This document shows positions 55,582-64,000 of a stretch of 64,000 nt of DNA, one piece after another. The translations under genes were made by a program, and so were the position numbers. The notes below the pieces were generated by a model. The model worked only from the letters and a program-made list of their open reading frames with translations. It did not search any database and was not told the DNA's origin. The stretch is from assembly GCA_045863335.1 (NCBI GenBank), contig BTVY01000019.1, positions 1 to 64,000 on the forward strand, read 5' to 3'. Position 1 is the stretch's first letter. The number at the start of each line of letters is the position of its first letter. Source of the DNA: Candidatus Hydrogenedentota bacterium. GTDB taxonomy: Bacteria; Hydrogenedentota; Hydrogenedentia; Hydrogenedentales; SLHB01.

Positions 55582-57003
55582 TCAGGCGAGGATTTCGTGG
55601 ATCACGTGGCCGTGCACGTCGGTCAGGCGGCGGTCGATCCCGTTATGGCGGACCGTGAGCTTCTCGTGATCGATTCCGAGCAGATACAACACGGTGGCGT
55701 GGAGATCGTAGCAGTAAGTCGGTTTGTCGACGGCCTTGTAGGACCACTCGTCGCTCTCGCCGTACGAGACGCCGCCTTTGAATCCGCCGCCCGCCACCCA
55801 CGAGGTGAAGGTGAAGGGGTTGTGATCGCGGCCTGCGCTGCCCTGGCTGCAGGGCATGCGCCCGAACTCCGTGGTCCAGATGACGATCGTGTCGTCCAGC
55901 ATGCCCCGGCCCTTGAGGTCTTTCAGGAGCGCCGCGGCCGGTTTGTCCATACTGCCCGCCATGTCGGCGTGATCCTTCTTGAGATCTTCGTGCGAATCCC
56001 AATTCCGGCGGGGGAACCCGTTGTCCGCGCCGCTCCAGACCTGAACGAATCGGACGCCCCGCTCCAGCAAACGGCGGGCGACCAGACAGTTCCGGCCGAA
56101 GTCTTCCGTGACAGGGTCGTCGAGTCCGTACAACTTCCGCGTCAACTCCGATTCACCGGAAAGATTCAACACTTCCGGCGCGCTCAATTGCAGCTTGGCC
56201 GCCATCTCGTAGCTGGCGATGCGCGCGTTGAGCCGCGAATCACCCATCCGGCTCGCTTCGTGTTCGCGGTTGAGCGCGTTCAGCACCTCCAGCGCTTCCG
56301 CGTCTCCCTCCGGTGTAACGTAGGTGCCGTCCGGCGGGTGGAGGTCCGCGATAGGATTCGATGCGGCAGGGCGAATGAGCGTTCCTTGATGGTCCGATGG
56401 GAGAAATCCCGCGGACCAGTTCTTCGGGCCGCCCGGTGCGAACCCGCGGGAGTCCGGCAACACAACAAAGGTGGGCAGTTCGTCCGTCTCGCTGCCCAGG
56501 CCGTAGCTGACCCAGGAACCGATGCTGGGGAAACCCGGCAGCACAAAGCCCGTTGTCTGCATGAAAGTCGCGGGACCATGGACATTCGACTTGGCGATCA
56601 TCGCGTGGAGGAAGGCCATGTCGTCGACACACTCGGCCAGGTGAGGCACCAGTCCGCTCACCCACTTGCCGCATTCGCCGTGTTGTTTCCACTCCCAGGG
56701 ACAAGGCATGACGAAGCCGGGGTCGCTCTGAAACAGTTCGACTTTCTCGCCGGGATCGAAGGGCTCGTTGGCACGCTTGATGAGTTCCGGCTTGTAATCG
56801 AAGGTGTCGACCTGGCTGGCGGCGCCGGACATGAAGAGCTGAATCACGCGCTTCGCCTTGGGAGGGTGATGGAGTCCGTTCAGTGCGCCCGTGTGTCGTT
56901 GGGTTGCTGAGGAAGCGTAGGCGTGTTCGCGGCCCAACAAATGGGCTAACGCGATTCCACCCAATCCACCGCCAAAATGCCAGAGAAACGATCGTCTATC
57001 CAT
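55582..57003 (-). CDS. DUF1501-family protein (Tat-exported)
   Basis: DRRSFL Tat signal, KAKRVIQLFMSG, DTFDYKP, LVARRLLERGVRFVQ, WDSH, EFGRMP, GRDHNP. Confidence 0.93.
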   Translation of the reverse strand: MDRRSFLWHFGGGLGGIALAHLLGREHAYASSATQRHTGALNGLHHPPKAKRVIQLFMSGAASQVDTFDYKPELIKRANEPFDPGEKVELFQSDPGFVMPCPWEWKQHGECGKWVSGLVPHLAECVDDMAFLHAMIAKSNVHGPATFMQTTGFVLPGFPSIGSWVSYGLGSETDELPTFVVLPDSRGFAPGGPKNWSAGFLPSDHQGTLIRPAASNPIADLHPPDGTYVTPEGDAEALEVLNALNREHEASRMGDSRLNARIASYEMAAKLQLSAPEVLNLSGESELTRKLYGLDDPVTEDFGRNCLVARRLLERGVRFVQVWSGADNGFPRRNWDSHEDLKKDHADMAGSMDKPAAALLKDLKGRGMLDDTIVIWTTEFGRMPCSQGSAGRDHNPFTFTSWVAGGGFKGGVSYGESDEWSYKAVDKPTYCYDLHATVLYLLGIDHEKLTVRHNGIDRRLTDVHGHVIHEILA

Positions 57004-57155
57004 GTCGAACCTTGCGCATTGGTTTCGCGATATGCGTTTGAGACGGCGTGTGACGCCTAACACCAGGAAAACCTGAGTCGAGTATATCACGGCTCCAGCG
57101 GGGAAGCCGTGAGCCACACGCGCGCCCGCCCAAACAGGCAATCCATTTGCGTTTT

Positions 57156-57224
57156 AATCGTGAATTATGGCACGATTTCCGCCGCCGCGGGTCCTGCCTG
57201 CGGTGCCGATGGCACCATTGCCGC
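57156..57224 (+). promoter_or_regulatory. Operator/promoter motifs upstream of the respiratory operon
   Basis: Inverted repeat AATCGTG-N8-CACGATT (Rex-box-like) and two GG-N10-GC direct repeats 42 bp apart. Confidence 0.4.
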
Positions 57225-57262
57225 GTCATCGTTGGGGGATATTAACAAGGGGGAGTCCGTTC

Positions 57263-58411
57263 ATGGACGTATTTCCTGCCGCGGATCCGATTCCGTTGCC
57301 GGCGCCGGTGTGGTTGTTCAAGGCGCTGCATTCGGTCACGCTGGTGCTGCATTTCTTTTCGGTGCACTTTCTCGTCGGAGGACTCCTCCTCGCGATTATT
57401 TGGTCCTTTGTGGGCCGTTCCCGAAAAGATGCAGTGCTGCTGAACGCTTCCGGCATGGTGACGCATCGCCTGCCGATCGTGATGACCTACGTGATCAATC
57501 TAGGCGTGCCGCCGTTGCTGTTTACCCAGGTGCTGTACGGGCGCGGTCTTTATACGAGCAGCGTCCTCATTGGCGCGTGGTGGATCAGCGTCGTCGCCTT
57601 GCTCATCGTTTCGTACACCTTCCTCTACATCATGAGCAGCCGCGCCGAATCGGGGCGCGCGGCCGGTTGGGCAGGGCTCATCGCGCTGATCGTGGTACTG
57701 AAAATCGGGTTCATCTACACGAACAATATGACCCTCATGCTCCGGCCGGACGTGTGGGGGGCCATGTACGAGAACAGCGCGGCCGGCGTGCAGTTTCATT
57801 CCGGCGATCCCACGATGATGCCGCGGTGGCTCTACATGATTCTTGGATCCATCGGCGTTGCCGGAATCGCGCTGCTGTTCATCGGCATGAAGAGCACCGT
57901 TGACGACGGGGTTGCGGGACTCCTCACGCGGTGGGGCGGACGCTTGCTCGCCGGATTCACCGTCGTTCAAATCGCGCTCGGGTTCTGGGTGTTTCGCACG
58001 CAGCCCGAGGCCGTGCGCGCCGGTCTCACCAGCGGCGCGGCTTATCCCGCGATGATGGGCCTTTGGGCGGTATCGGCCTTGGCGGCGATCGGACTAGGCG
58101 TGATGGTCGCGCGTAGAACCCGCGTGCACGGGGGGCTTGTTTCAATCGCCGCATTGGCGGCGTTTCTGAATGTATTCGCCATGGTGCTTCTGCGCGACGG
58201 CATTCGCGATCTTACGCTCGCTGCGGCTGGTTTCGACGTGTGGGCGCGCGAGGTCGCAACCAACTGGTCGATCGTCATTATCTTTCTCCTCTGTTTCATG
58301 CTTGCGCTGGTCATGATGGTCTGGTTGATCTCCGTCGTGGCGCGGGCCAAGGCACAGCCGGAATCCTACGCCGCGTTCGCGGATGGATTGGTTGAAAAGG
58401 AGGTCGTGTAA
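57263..58411 (+). CDS. CydA'-like (cytochrome bd superfamily) membrane subunit
   Basis: LHFFSVHFLVGG, INLGVPPLLFTQVLYG, about 9 TM helices. The N-terminal His pattern parallels the protein at 59992. Confidence 0.65.
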   Translation: MDVFPAADPIPLPAPVWLFKALHSVTLVLHFFSVHFLVGGLLLAIIWSFVGRSRKDAVLLNASGMVTHRLPIVMTYVINLGVPPLLFTQVLYGRGLYTSSVLIGAWWISVVALLIVSYTFLYIMSSRAESGRAAGWAGLIALIVVLKIGFIYTNNMTLMLRPDVWGAMYENSAAGVQFHSGDPTMMPRWLYMILGSIGVAGIALLFIGMKSTVDDGVAGLLTRWGGRLLAGFTVVQIALGFWVFRTQPEAVRAGLTSGAAYPAMMGLWAVSALAAIGLGVMVARRTRVHGGLVSIAALAAFLNVFAMVLLRDGIRDLTLAAAGFDVWAREVATNWSIVIIFLLCFMLALVMMVWLISVVARAKAQPESYAAFADGLVEKEVV

Positions 58412-58414
58412 CTC

Positions 58415-58906
58415 ATGGCCGATGCCACGCTGGATTCGATGGAAACGCCCGAAGAAAACGGCAGCGCCTCGCCGACGCGCCGCGCGTTTGTGAAGGCGGG
58501 ATTCGGTTTGGTCGGCGCGTGCTACGCGGGCGCGATCGGCTATCCCATTTACCGGTACCTGGCCACCCCCGCCGTGCGCGCCGCGGAGATGGGGGCCATC
58601 ACCGAGGTGGCTTTTCCGGAGACGGACATGCCGCCCGCGGGTTCCGCGCTGCGCTTCATGTTCGGACCACGCCCGGCCATGCTCATTCATCACACCGACG
58701 GCAGCGTGGTTTGTTTCGACGCCGTGTGCACGCATCTGGGATGCACGGTCGAGTTCCAACCCGACCAGAACCGCATTCATTGCGCATGCCATGGGGGCAA
58801 TTACGACATGCACACCGGCAAGAACGTGGCGGGCCCGCCGCCGAAGCCGTTGCGTCAATTCAATGTGGAGGTTGTCGATGGGCAGATCGTCGTCTCTCGC
58901 GCCTAG
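58415..58906 (+). CDS. Rieske 2Fe-2S protein of a Rieske/cytochrome b complex
   Basis: Tat anchor TRRAFV, CTHLGC, CACHGG, GPPPKPL. Confidence 0.95.
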   Translation: MADATLDSMETPEENGSASPTRRAFVKAGFGLVGACYAGAIGYPIYRYLATPAVRAAEMGAITEVAFPETDMPPAGSALRFMFGPRPAMLIHHTDGSVVCFDAVCTHLGCTVEFQPDQNRIHCACHGGNYDMHTGKNVAGPPPKPLRQFNVEVVDGQIVVSRA

Positions 58907-59981
58907 CGCTATACAATCCGGCCTGTATCGTTGGTTGGACGCGCGCTTGGGGCTTGCTGAACTTCGGGCCATGGCCCGGAAGAAGGAAGTGCCGCAGCAC
59001 CGCCATTCGTTCTGGTACTACTGGGGCGGGATCACGCTTTTCCTATTTCTCATTCAACTGATCAGCGGAATCCTCTTGCTCGTCTACTACCGGCCCGGCG
59101 CGGACGCTTATGATTCGGTCCGTCAGATTACGTACGACATCGAGTTCGGCTGGCTGATCCGGTCGGCCCATTCGTGGTCGGCCAATCTCATGGTGCTTGC
59201 CGCCTTCGTTCACATGTTCTCCGTGTTTTTCATGAAGGCGTACCGCAACCCGCGCGAACTCGGGTGGTGGAGCGGTTTGGCCCTGCTCGGACTGACGATG
59301 GTCTTCGGGTTCAGCGGCTACCTCTTGCCCATGGACGAACTGGCCTTCTTCGCGACCAAGGTGGGGCTTGAAATTCCCGCCAGTATCCCGGGAGTCGGCG
59401 CGATCATCGTTACGCTGGTCCAGGGCGGCGAATCGGTAACGGCGGTGACCATTCAACGGTTCTTCGCGTTGCACGTCGTCGTGCTGCCCATGGTGTTCAT
59501 GGCCATTCTCGCGTTTCATCTGTGGCTCGTGCAGAAGCACGGCAACGCGGTGCCGCCAAGCGAAGAACTCGTGCCCGAGACCGAACGCCGGTCCATCCCG
59601 TTCTTTCCGAACTTTCTGGCGAAGGATCTTGCCATGTGGCTGATCGCGCTCAACGTGCTCGCGATTCTCGCCTCGATGTATCCCTGGCAATTGGGCGCGC
59701 CCGCCGATCCCGCGGCGCCCGCGCCCGAAGGCATTCATCCCGAATGGTATTTCATGAGCCAGTTCCAAGCGCTGAAGGTTCTCGGGAATTGGTTGCCGGG
59801 CGTAACCGGCGAATTCGCGGGCATTGCGCTGTTCGGGATCGGCGGATTGCTTTGGGGCCTGATTCCGCTGTTTGACACCAGCAGCCGGGCCGGCGCGCGC
59901 GCGCGGGCGGCCACGTGGTTCGGCGTTATCGCGTTGTTCGGTTTGATCGCCCTTACAATCTGGGGCTACGCCGAGGTATAG
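58878..59981 (+). CDS. Cytochrome b (unsplit, with subunit IV region)
   Basis: GWLIRSAHSW, FVHM, FSGYLLP, RFFALH...FHL, PFFPNF, PEWYF. Confidence 0.95.
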   Translation: MGRSSSLAPSAIQSGLYRWLDARLGLAELRAMARKKEVPQHRHSFWYYWGGITLFLFLIQLISGILLLVYYRPGADAYDSVRQITYDIEFGWLIRSAHSWSANLMVLAAFVHMFSVFFMKAYRNPRELGWWSGLALLGLTMVFGFSGYLLPMDELAFFATKVGLEIPASIPGVGAIIVTLVQGGESVTAVTIQRFFALHVVVLPMVFMAILAFHLWLVQKHGNAVPPSEELVPETERRSIPFFPNFLAKDLAMWLIALNVLAILASMYPWQLGAPADPAAPAPEGIHPEWYFMSQFQALKVLGNWLPGVTGEFAGIALFGIGGLLWGLIPLFDTSSRAGARARAATWFGVIALFGLIALTIWGYAEV

Positions 59982-59991
59982 GAGAGTTGGA

Positions 59992-61479
59992 ATGAATTAC
60001 CCGTTCTGGGACGTGCCGGTTATTGGCAGCGGCTGGGTGATCGGCGGCATTGCGATCGTCCACATTCTCATCAGCCATTTTGCGGTGGGCGGCGGTTTGT
60101 ATTTGCCCATGGCGGAACGGAAAGCGCTGCGGGAAGGGCGCACCGAATGGATGCCCGTGTTGAAACGGCATTCGCGGTTCTTTCTGATCCTCACCGGCGT
60201 GTTCGGCGCGGCGACGGGCGTGGGAATCTGGTTTGCCATCGGTTTGGCCAATCCGGAAGGCACGAGCACGCTCATTCACAACTTCGTCTTCGGATGGGCG
60301 ATCGAATGGACCTTTTTCTTCGTGGAGTTGTCCTCGGCGGCGGTCTATTACTACACGTGGGGGCGCATTCCCGACAAGCTCCACCTCAAAGTCGGTTGGG
60401 TCTATGCGTTCTTCTCCTTCCTTACGCTCGTTATCATTAACGGAATTCTGACCTTCATGCTGACGCCGGGCCAGAGCTGGCTCGAAGTCGCGGGCACCGG
60501 AAACGAAGCGACGCGTTTCTGGCAGGCCTTCTTCAATCCGACGTACTGGCCGAGTCTCGGCATTCGCACCCTGGTCTGCATCTCGCTGGCGGGCGTGTGG
60601 GCGCTGGTCACGGCGAGCCGCATCGATGGATTCGAGAATCCCGCGCTGAAGACGTCCTTCGTCCGTTGGTCGGCGAAGTGGCTCATCCCCGCCTTCATTC
60701 TGTTGCCGGTATTCTTCCTGTGGTTCCTTCACATGGTGCCCTTCGAGCAGCGCGGGTTAATCAAGCTCGGCATTGCGACCATTGGACAAGGCGTGTTCAC
60801 GCAGGTGACGCGGGCCGCCTTGGTGACCATGATGACGTCCGCAACCATCGCGATGATCGTGTACTTCCTCGCGTTCCGCAACCCGCGCGACTTTACCTTC
60901 GGTCATGCGGTCGCCGTGTTGTTTCTCGCGCTGGCCGCGACGGCCTCGACGGAGCAGGCGCGCGAAATGCTGCGTAAACCCTACGTCGTCGTGAACCACA
61001 TTTACTCCAACGGCGTTCGCGCGAAAACGGAGGTAACGAAGTTCAATGAGGAGGGCTACCTCACGCGCAGCATCTGGGCCACGGAAGAGCAGAAGGCGGA
61101 GTGGGCACGACTCGACGCGGCCACGCCTGTGCCGGGTACCGTGGTACCCGCCGCGGAAGCCCCGCAACCCGAACGGGTGCCGCAACTGGATCGCGGCAAG
61201 CTCATGCTGCGGGGACAGTGCATGGCCTGCCATACGGTCGACGGCTACCGATCCTTGCGCAAACTGCTTGCCGAGCGGGACCGGGAATCGATCACCAATG
61301 TGCTCACCATGCTGCACGAGTACAAAGACGACTCGCCATACCGCGCGTACATGCCGCCCCTCGTCGGCAGCGACGGCGAGATCGCGGCCTTGGCGGATTA
61401 CCTCGATCACCTCGTGCAGACGGCCAAGCCCGAGCACAAGGAAGACGCGGAGATCACCGTCGCGACCGCCGATGAGTAG
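59992..61479 (+). CDS. Cytochrome bd subunit I-like protein with C-terminal cytochrome c domain
   Basis: VHILISHFAVGGG, WAIEWTFFFVE, EQAREMLRKPY. Heme c motif CMACH with distal YMPP. Confidence 0.88.
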   Translation: MNYPFWDVPVIGSGWVIGGIAIVHILISHFAVGGGLYLPMAERKALREGRTEWMPVLKRHSRFFLILTGVFGAATGVGIWFAIGLANPEGTSTLIHNFVFGWAIEWTFFFVELSSAAVYYYTWGRIPDKLHLKVGWVYAFFSFLTLVIINGILTFMLTPGQSWLEVAGTGNEATRFWQAFFNPTYWPSLGIRTLVCISLAGVWALVTASRIDGFENPALKTSFVRWSAKWLIPAFILLPVFFLWFLHMVPFEQRGLIKLGIATIGQGVFTQVTRAALVTMMTSATIAMIVYFLAFRNPRDFTFGHAVAVLFLALAATASTEQAREMLRKPYVVVNHIYSNGVRAKTEVTKFNEEGYLTRSIWATEEQKAEWARLDAATPVPGTVVPAAEAPQPERVPQLDRGKLMLRGQCMACHTVDGYRSLRKLLAERDRESITNVLTMLHEYKDDSPYRAYMPPLVGSDGEIAALADYLDHLVQTAKPEHKEDAEITVATADE

Positions 61480-61508
61480 GCGGTAAGCGTCAATCCTGTT
61501 CTCCACAA

Positions 61509-61669
61509 GAACATCCCCCTTATCCCCCTTCAAAGGGGGAGTTTCGCGCAACGCGGAGCGTTGCGATAGTTCGGCCCGACGACATGACATCACTGCGTGC
61601 GACGCGGAGTTACAAAGGCACCGACCTGGCGCAATTCCCCCTTCGAAGGGGGATTCAAGGGGGATGTTC
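61509..61669. repeat. MITE/REP-like element with long terminal inverted repeats (CCCCCTT-N-AAGGGGG type)
   Basis: GAACATCCCCCTTATCCCCCTTCAAAGGGGGA (61509-61540) is inverted relative to TCCCCCTTCGAAGGGGGATTCAAGGGGGATGTTC (61636-61669). Confidence 0.75.
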
Positions 61670-61795
61670 CTGCCTTCTCGCCGAGGTCTCCACTTGTCAT
61701 CAAGCGCGCCTTTGATCGTTCTGCAAAGCGCGTGATAGGCTTTCTGCGCCGGTCATTCCGATCGGTATCACCTTGGTGTAAGGCGAAAACACGTC

Positions 61796-62146
61796 ATGAG
61801 CAGTACGATCACGATTTATCACAATCCACGGTGCACCAAGAGCCGCGAAACATTGGCCCTGCTACGCGAAGAGGGCGTTGAACCCGAGGTGGTCGAATAT
61901 CTGAAGACGCCGCCGTCGAAGGCCCGCCTCCGGGAGTTGGCGAAGCTCCTGGGCAATGCGCATGTCTTGCTGCGGACGAAGGAGAAAGAGTACCAGGCGC
62001 TCGGTCTGTCGCCGGAAAGCACAACCGCCGCTATTGTCGACGCGATTGCCGAGCACCCGATTCTGCTGGAGCGCCCCATCGTCGTCTGTGACGGCAAGGC
62101 CGCAATCGGCCGGCCGCCGGAGTCGGTGCTGCGCATCCTTCCCTGA
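61796..62146 (+). CDS. arsC: Arsenate reductase (glutaredoxin type), ArsC family
   Basis: IYHNPRCTKSR, EYLKTPP, LERPIV, IGRPPE. Confidence 0.88.
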   Translation: MSSTITIYHNPRCTKSRETLALLREEGVEPEVVEYLKTPPSKARLRELAKLLGNAHVLLRTKEKEYQALGLSPESTTAAIVDAIAEHPILLERPIVVCDGKAAIGRPPESVLRILP

Positions 62147-62185
62147 CGACAGTTTCCGCGACATCGCGACTGGAGACCAAAACGA

Positions 62186-63760
62186 ATGCCCCCTTCGAAG
62201 AAACGTCCCAAGATCACGACGCGCCCGTGGAAGGAAGAAGACATTCCCGCGCTGGTGGAATGCCAGTATGCCGCGTATAGCGACTTTCCGCACTACCGGC
62301 TCTGCAACGAGCGGCTGTTCCACTTGCAGCACACCGCGTTCCCGGAGGGCCAGTTCCTTGCGGAGGTGGACGGCCAGATCGCGGGGTACTGCGCGTCGCT
62401 GATCGTGATGCTGGACGACTCGGCGCCCTGGCATTCCTACAACGAGATTACCGGCAGCGGCACTTTCAATACCCACGACCCCGGCGGCGACACCTTGTAC
62501 GGCGCGGAGATCGCCGTACGGCCCGAGTATCGCGGGATGGGCGTCGCGGGCGCGTTGTACAAGGAACGCATCAAACTCATGAAGCGCTTCAATCTCCGTC
62601 GCATGGTGGCGGGCGGGCGCATCCCGGGCTACTGGGAGTACGCGGGGAAGATGACCGCGGAAGAGTACGTCGACAAGGTCATCGCCGGCGAACTTAAGGA
62701 TCAGGCGCTGAACGCGCACATCAAGGCAGGGTATTCCGTCAAGGGGATCCACTACGACTATCTCAGCGACGAGGCAAGCCTGAACTACGCGACCCACCTC
62801 GAGTTGATCAATCCCGACTTCAAACTAGAGCGGCGGCGCATCGCGTCGTCACCCATTACACGACCTGTGCGGCGTGTGCGCGTGTGCGCGGCGCAATACG
62901 ATCTCCGCGGCATTCGAAGTTGGGAAGATTTCGAACGGCAGGTGGATTTCTTCGTCACGACGGCGGAAGAGTATCACTGCCATTTTCTCGTGTTTCCGGA
63001 ACTGTTCACGGCGCAGCTCATCAGCACCATGGACCGCGACATGGAGCCGTTGGAGGCCGTGCGCCACCTTGCGGACTATACGGATCAATACACGGAAATG
63101 TTCGCCGCCATGTCGCAACGGTTCGGCGGGTACATCATCGGCGGATCGCATCCGGTCATGCGGGAAGGCTCGCTCCGCAACGTCTCGCACCTGTTTTCGC
63201 CGACAGGACAGATCTACACGCAGGACAAGTTGCACATTACGCCGGACGAACGGAAGTTCTGGGGCATTCAGCCCGGCGAAGGGTTGAACGTGTTCGAGAC
63301 GGAGTTCGCGCGTATCGCGATCCAGGTCTGTTACGACATCGAGTTCCCCGAGATGAGCCGGCTCCTCACCTTGTACGGCGCGGAAGTCGTCTTCGTTCCG
63401 TTCATGACCGACGAGAAGAAGGCCTACTCCCGCGTGCGGCTCTGCGCCCAGGCGCGGGCCGTGGAGAACTACATCTATACCGTCATCGCGGGCAACGTGG
63501 GGAACTTGCCGCAGGTGCGCAGCTTTCTCATCAACTACGGCCAGGCGGCCATCTTTACGCCGAGCGATTTCGCGTTCCCCCCGCATGCGACCGCGGCGGA
63601 AGCGGAACCCAACACGGAGATGGTGGTCATCACCGATCTCGATCTCGAAACCCTCGCGTTGCAGCGGGACATGGGGACCGTGCGGCCGCTGCGCGACCGG
63701 CGGCCGGACCTCTACACCCTCGTGCCGAGCCGCGCGGTCAACGTGATCCGCACTCAGTAG
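62186..63760 (+). CDS. Bifunctional GNAT acetyltransferase / carbon-nitrogen hydrolase
   Basis: GNAT VRPEYRGMGVAGAL. Nitrilase triad VFPE, QDKLH, VCYDIEFPE. Confidence 0.92.
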   Translation: MPPSKKRPKITTRPWKEEDIPALVECQYAAYSDFPHYRLCNERLFHLQHTAFPEGQFLAEVDGQIAGYCASLIVMLDDSAPWHSYNEITGSGTFNTHDPGGDTLYGAEIAVRPEYRGMGVAGALYKERIKLMKRFNLRRMVAGGRIPGYWEYAGKMTAEEYVDKVIAGELKDQALNAHIKAGYSVKGIHYDYLSDEASLNYATHLELINPDFKLERRRIASSPITRPVRRVRVCAAQYDLRGIRSWEDFERQVDFFVTTAEEYHCHFLVFPELFTAQLISTMDRDMEPLEAVRHLADYTDQYTEMFAAMSQRFGGYIIGGSHPVMREGSLRNVSHLFSPTGQIYTQDKLHITPDERKFWGIQPGEGLNVFETEFARIAIQVCYDIEFPEMSRLLTLYGAEVVFVPFMTDEKKAYSRVRLCAQARAVENYIYTVIAGNVGNLPQVRSFLINYGQAAIFTPSDFAFPPHATAAEAEPNTEMVVITDLDLETLALQRDMGTVRPLRDRRPDLYTLVPSRAVNVIRTQ

Positions 63761-63768
63761 GCCGCAGC

Positions 63769-64000
63769 ATGTTTCGCAAGCACCTGTACGTCTTCGAAGA
63801 ACTGCGGCCCCGCGAAGCGGTGATCCGCGGTTACACCGAAGCCGACTTCGACGATCTCATCGATATCCAGCGCGAATGTTTCCCGCCGCCGTTTCCATCG
63901 GAATTGTGGTGGAACCAAGAGCAGCTCGGCAACCATGTGCGCCTGTTTCCCGACGGCGCCTTGTGCGTGGAGGTGGAGGGGAAGCTGGCGGGGTCCATTA
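63769..64000 (+). CDS. GNAT-family acetyltransferase (YkwB-like), truncated by the window end
   Basis: Read by hand: MFRKHLYVFEELRPREAVIRGYTEADFDDLIDIQRECFPPPFPSELWWNQEQLGNHVRLFPDGALCVEVEGKLAGSI. Resembles the upstream GNAT domain. Confidence 0.8.
   Translation, partial: MFRKHLYVFEELRPREAVIRGYTEADFDDLIDIQRECFPPPFPSELWWNQEQLGNHVRLFPDGALCVEVEGKLAGSI

Noticed and set aside
61796-62146. Arsenic-resistance operon
   Set aside because: There is no arsR, arsB or acr3 nearby. Lone ArsC-family genes are common.

Overview
This is a GC-rich, gene-dense bacterial chromosome segment. The gene content (DUF1501, zinc-ribbon proteins, DUF4139 paralogs, TMTC-like glycosyltransferases) suggests a PVC-like or Candidatus Hydrogenedentota-like organism, which is inference only. 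In order, it contains: dnaA with no dnaN after it; three tandem secreted DUF4139 paralogs; a PEPCK-like DUF4914 protein; a glycosyltransferase cluster; a circularly permuted ATP-grasp/alpha-E/transglutaminase operon; DUF2892 and an MMPL/LolA-like/outer-membrane barrel operon; an AT-rich convergent gap with DnaA boxes (candidate oriC); an orphan PilT-like ATPase; an MltD-like transglycosylase with 7 LysM domains; sugar ABC genes flanking an acyltransferase/GT-C/glycosidase-nitrilase locus; a small two-cysteine peptide gene; HAD, acyltransferase and degenerate metallophosphoesterase genes; HU; two GT-C/TMTC-like genes; DUF1501; a CydA'-Rieske-cytochrome b-CydA/cytochrome c respiratory operon; arsC; and GNAT/nitrilase genes. 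I saw no rRNA, tRNA, CRISPR array, transposase or integrase. Three different REP/MITE-like elements are present. The most striking observations are a P-x-L-P-x-G-L-G peptide repeat shared by the inner- and outer-membrane components of the MMPL operon, a Rieske/cytochrome b pair embedded in a bd-superfamily oxidase operon, a candidate oriC about 26 kb from dnaA, and hypervariable 'bait-like' loops in the DUF4139 triplet. Family assignments come from motif recognition; no database searches were run.
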